Assembly (NCBI RefSeq): GCF_001412615.1
Contig: NZ_CP013011.1
Coordinates: 1,830,001-1,862,000, forward strand
Direction: 5' to 3'
From: Pyrodictium delaneyi
GTDB lineage: Archaea; Thermoproteota; Thermoprotei_A; Sulfolobales; Pyrodictiaceae
Length of the DNA: 32,000 bases
How positions within the stretch are numbered: the first letter of the stretch is position 1; each line of letters starts with the position of its first letter. Of this stretch, positions 31,527 through 32,000 are shown piece by piece. Under the pieces are notes generated by a model that saw only the letters and a list, made by a program, of their open reading frames with translations, did not search any database and was not told the DNA's origin. Position numbers and translations under genes: made by a program.

Positions 31527-32000
31527 CTACTCCCTCTTCTCGAGTGCTAGTAGCGCGGCCACCGAGACCCCTGCAACCAGGATCGAGACAGTCATGAGCG
31601 CCACTGCTAGGTTTAGGTCGCCGCCGCTTATGGAGAGGTAGATTGCTATGGGCAGGGTCTCGGTCTTGAATCGGATGGCACCCGCCAGGGTTACCGAGGC
31701 GCCGAACTCTCCTAGCGCGCGTATGAAGGCGAGTAGGAAGGCCGAGAGTAGACCGCGACGCGCCATGGGCAGGGTTACGCGGAGCAGCGTCTGGAGCCTA
31801 GTGTAGCCGAGAGTCCTGGCCACTGCCTCGTACCGGGGGTCTACCGAGGCAAAGCTTGTCTTGAGGACACGCAGCGCCATAGGGTAAACTACGAAGAACT
31901 GTGCCACAACTAGGCCTCTAGGCGTGAAGACTACGCGTAGTAACTCGTCGAGGAGGCTGCCGGGCGGCGTGTTAGTGAAGAATATGAGAAGCGCAGCACC
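31527..32000 (-). CDS. ABC transporter permease (ModB/WtpB/CysT-like), C-terminal part; gene continues beyond window end
   Basis: The track ORF starts at an internal GTG (31907), but I checked that the frame stays open to position 32000 (...GAALLIFFTNTPPGSLLDELLRVVFTPRGLVVAQFF...). It has an EAA-loop-like block DPRYEAVARTLGYTRLQTLLRVTLPMARRG. It ends 22 nt before the ATPase gene. Confidence 0.88.
   Translation of the reverse strand, partial: GAALLIFFTNTPPGSLLDELLRVVFTPRGLVVAQFFVVYPMALRVLKTSFASVDPRYEAVARTLGYTRLQTLLRVTLPMARRGLLSAFLLAFIRALGEFGASVTLAGAIRFKTETLPIAIYLSISGGDLNLAVALMTVSILVAGVSVAALLALEKRE

Noticed and set aside
1-32000. I searched for CRISPR arrays, rRNA genes, IS elements/transposases and long direct or terminal repeats.
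   Set aside because: None was seen by eye. The only repeats found are the intragenic 33-nt stomatin repeats and the short inverted repeats listed as features or findings.

Overview
The window is GC-rich and densely coding on both strands. It looks archaeal and crenarchaeal in type: TATA-like boxes sit about 25-30 nt upstream of starts, many starts are GTG or TTG, several genes appear leaderless, and it carries a Sulfolobus-type LysW cluster and a small aKMT-like methyltransferase. All calls come from reading the supplied translations and my own hand translations; no database search was possible.

In order, the window contains:
- a partial amidohydrolase/deaminase
- a MoaB/MogA-family protein with a His-rich tail
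- an orphan ORF
- a PEBP/YbhB protein
- a TauE/SafE permease
- an AT-rich islet carrying a winged-helix repeat gene that looks split by a frameshift
- carbamate kinase
- two orphan genes flanking a structured intergenic region
- tRNA-Leu(CAA), followed by a second AT-rich patch
- sufCBD
- a complete LysW amino-group-carrier cluster (lysZ-lysY divergent from lysW-lysX-lysJ-lysK)
- a roughly 4.4 kb block of uncharacterised small genes, including an ADP-ribosylglycohydrolase-like protein with degenerate metal-site motifs next to a small membrane protein
- an nfeD-stomatin operon
- vapBC
- an M17 leucyl aminopeptidase
- a COG1407-type metallophosphoesterase
- three SAM-utilising enzymes (O-methyltransferase, radical SAM, aKMT-like methyltransferase)
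- an ABC transporter ATPase with a TOBE-like tail, plus a partial permease

I saw no rRNA, CRISPR array, transposase or recognisable integrase.

The observations most worth follow-up are:
- The stomatin membrane anchor is encoded in frame between the nfeD stop codon and the first canonical start codon.
- The degenerate ARH-like protein and its membrane partner sit inside an orphan gene block.
- The triple wHTH gene in the AT-rich islet is split by a frameshift.
- Two intergenic regions carry long nested helices and are candidate structured RNAs.
- A radical-SAM gene and a methyltransferase gene are translationally coupled.

None of these can be called a defined new system from sequence alone.
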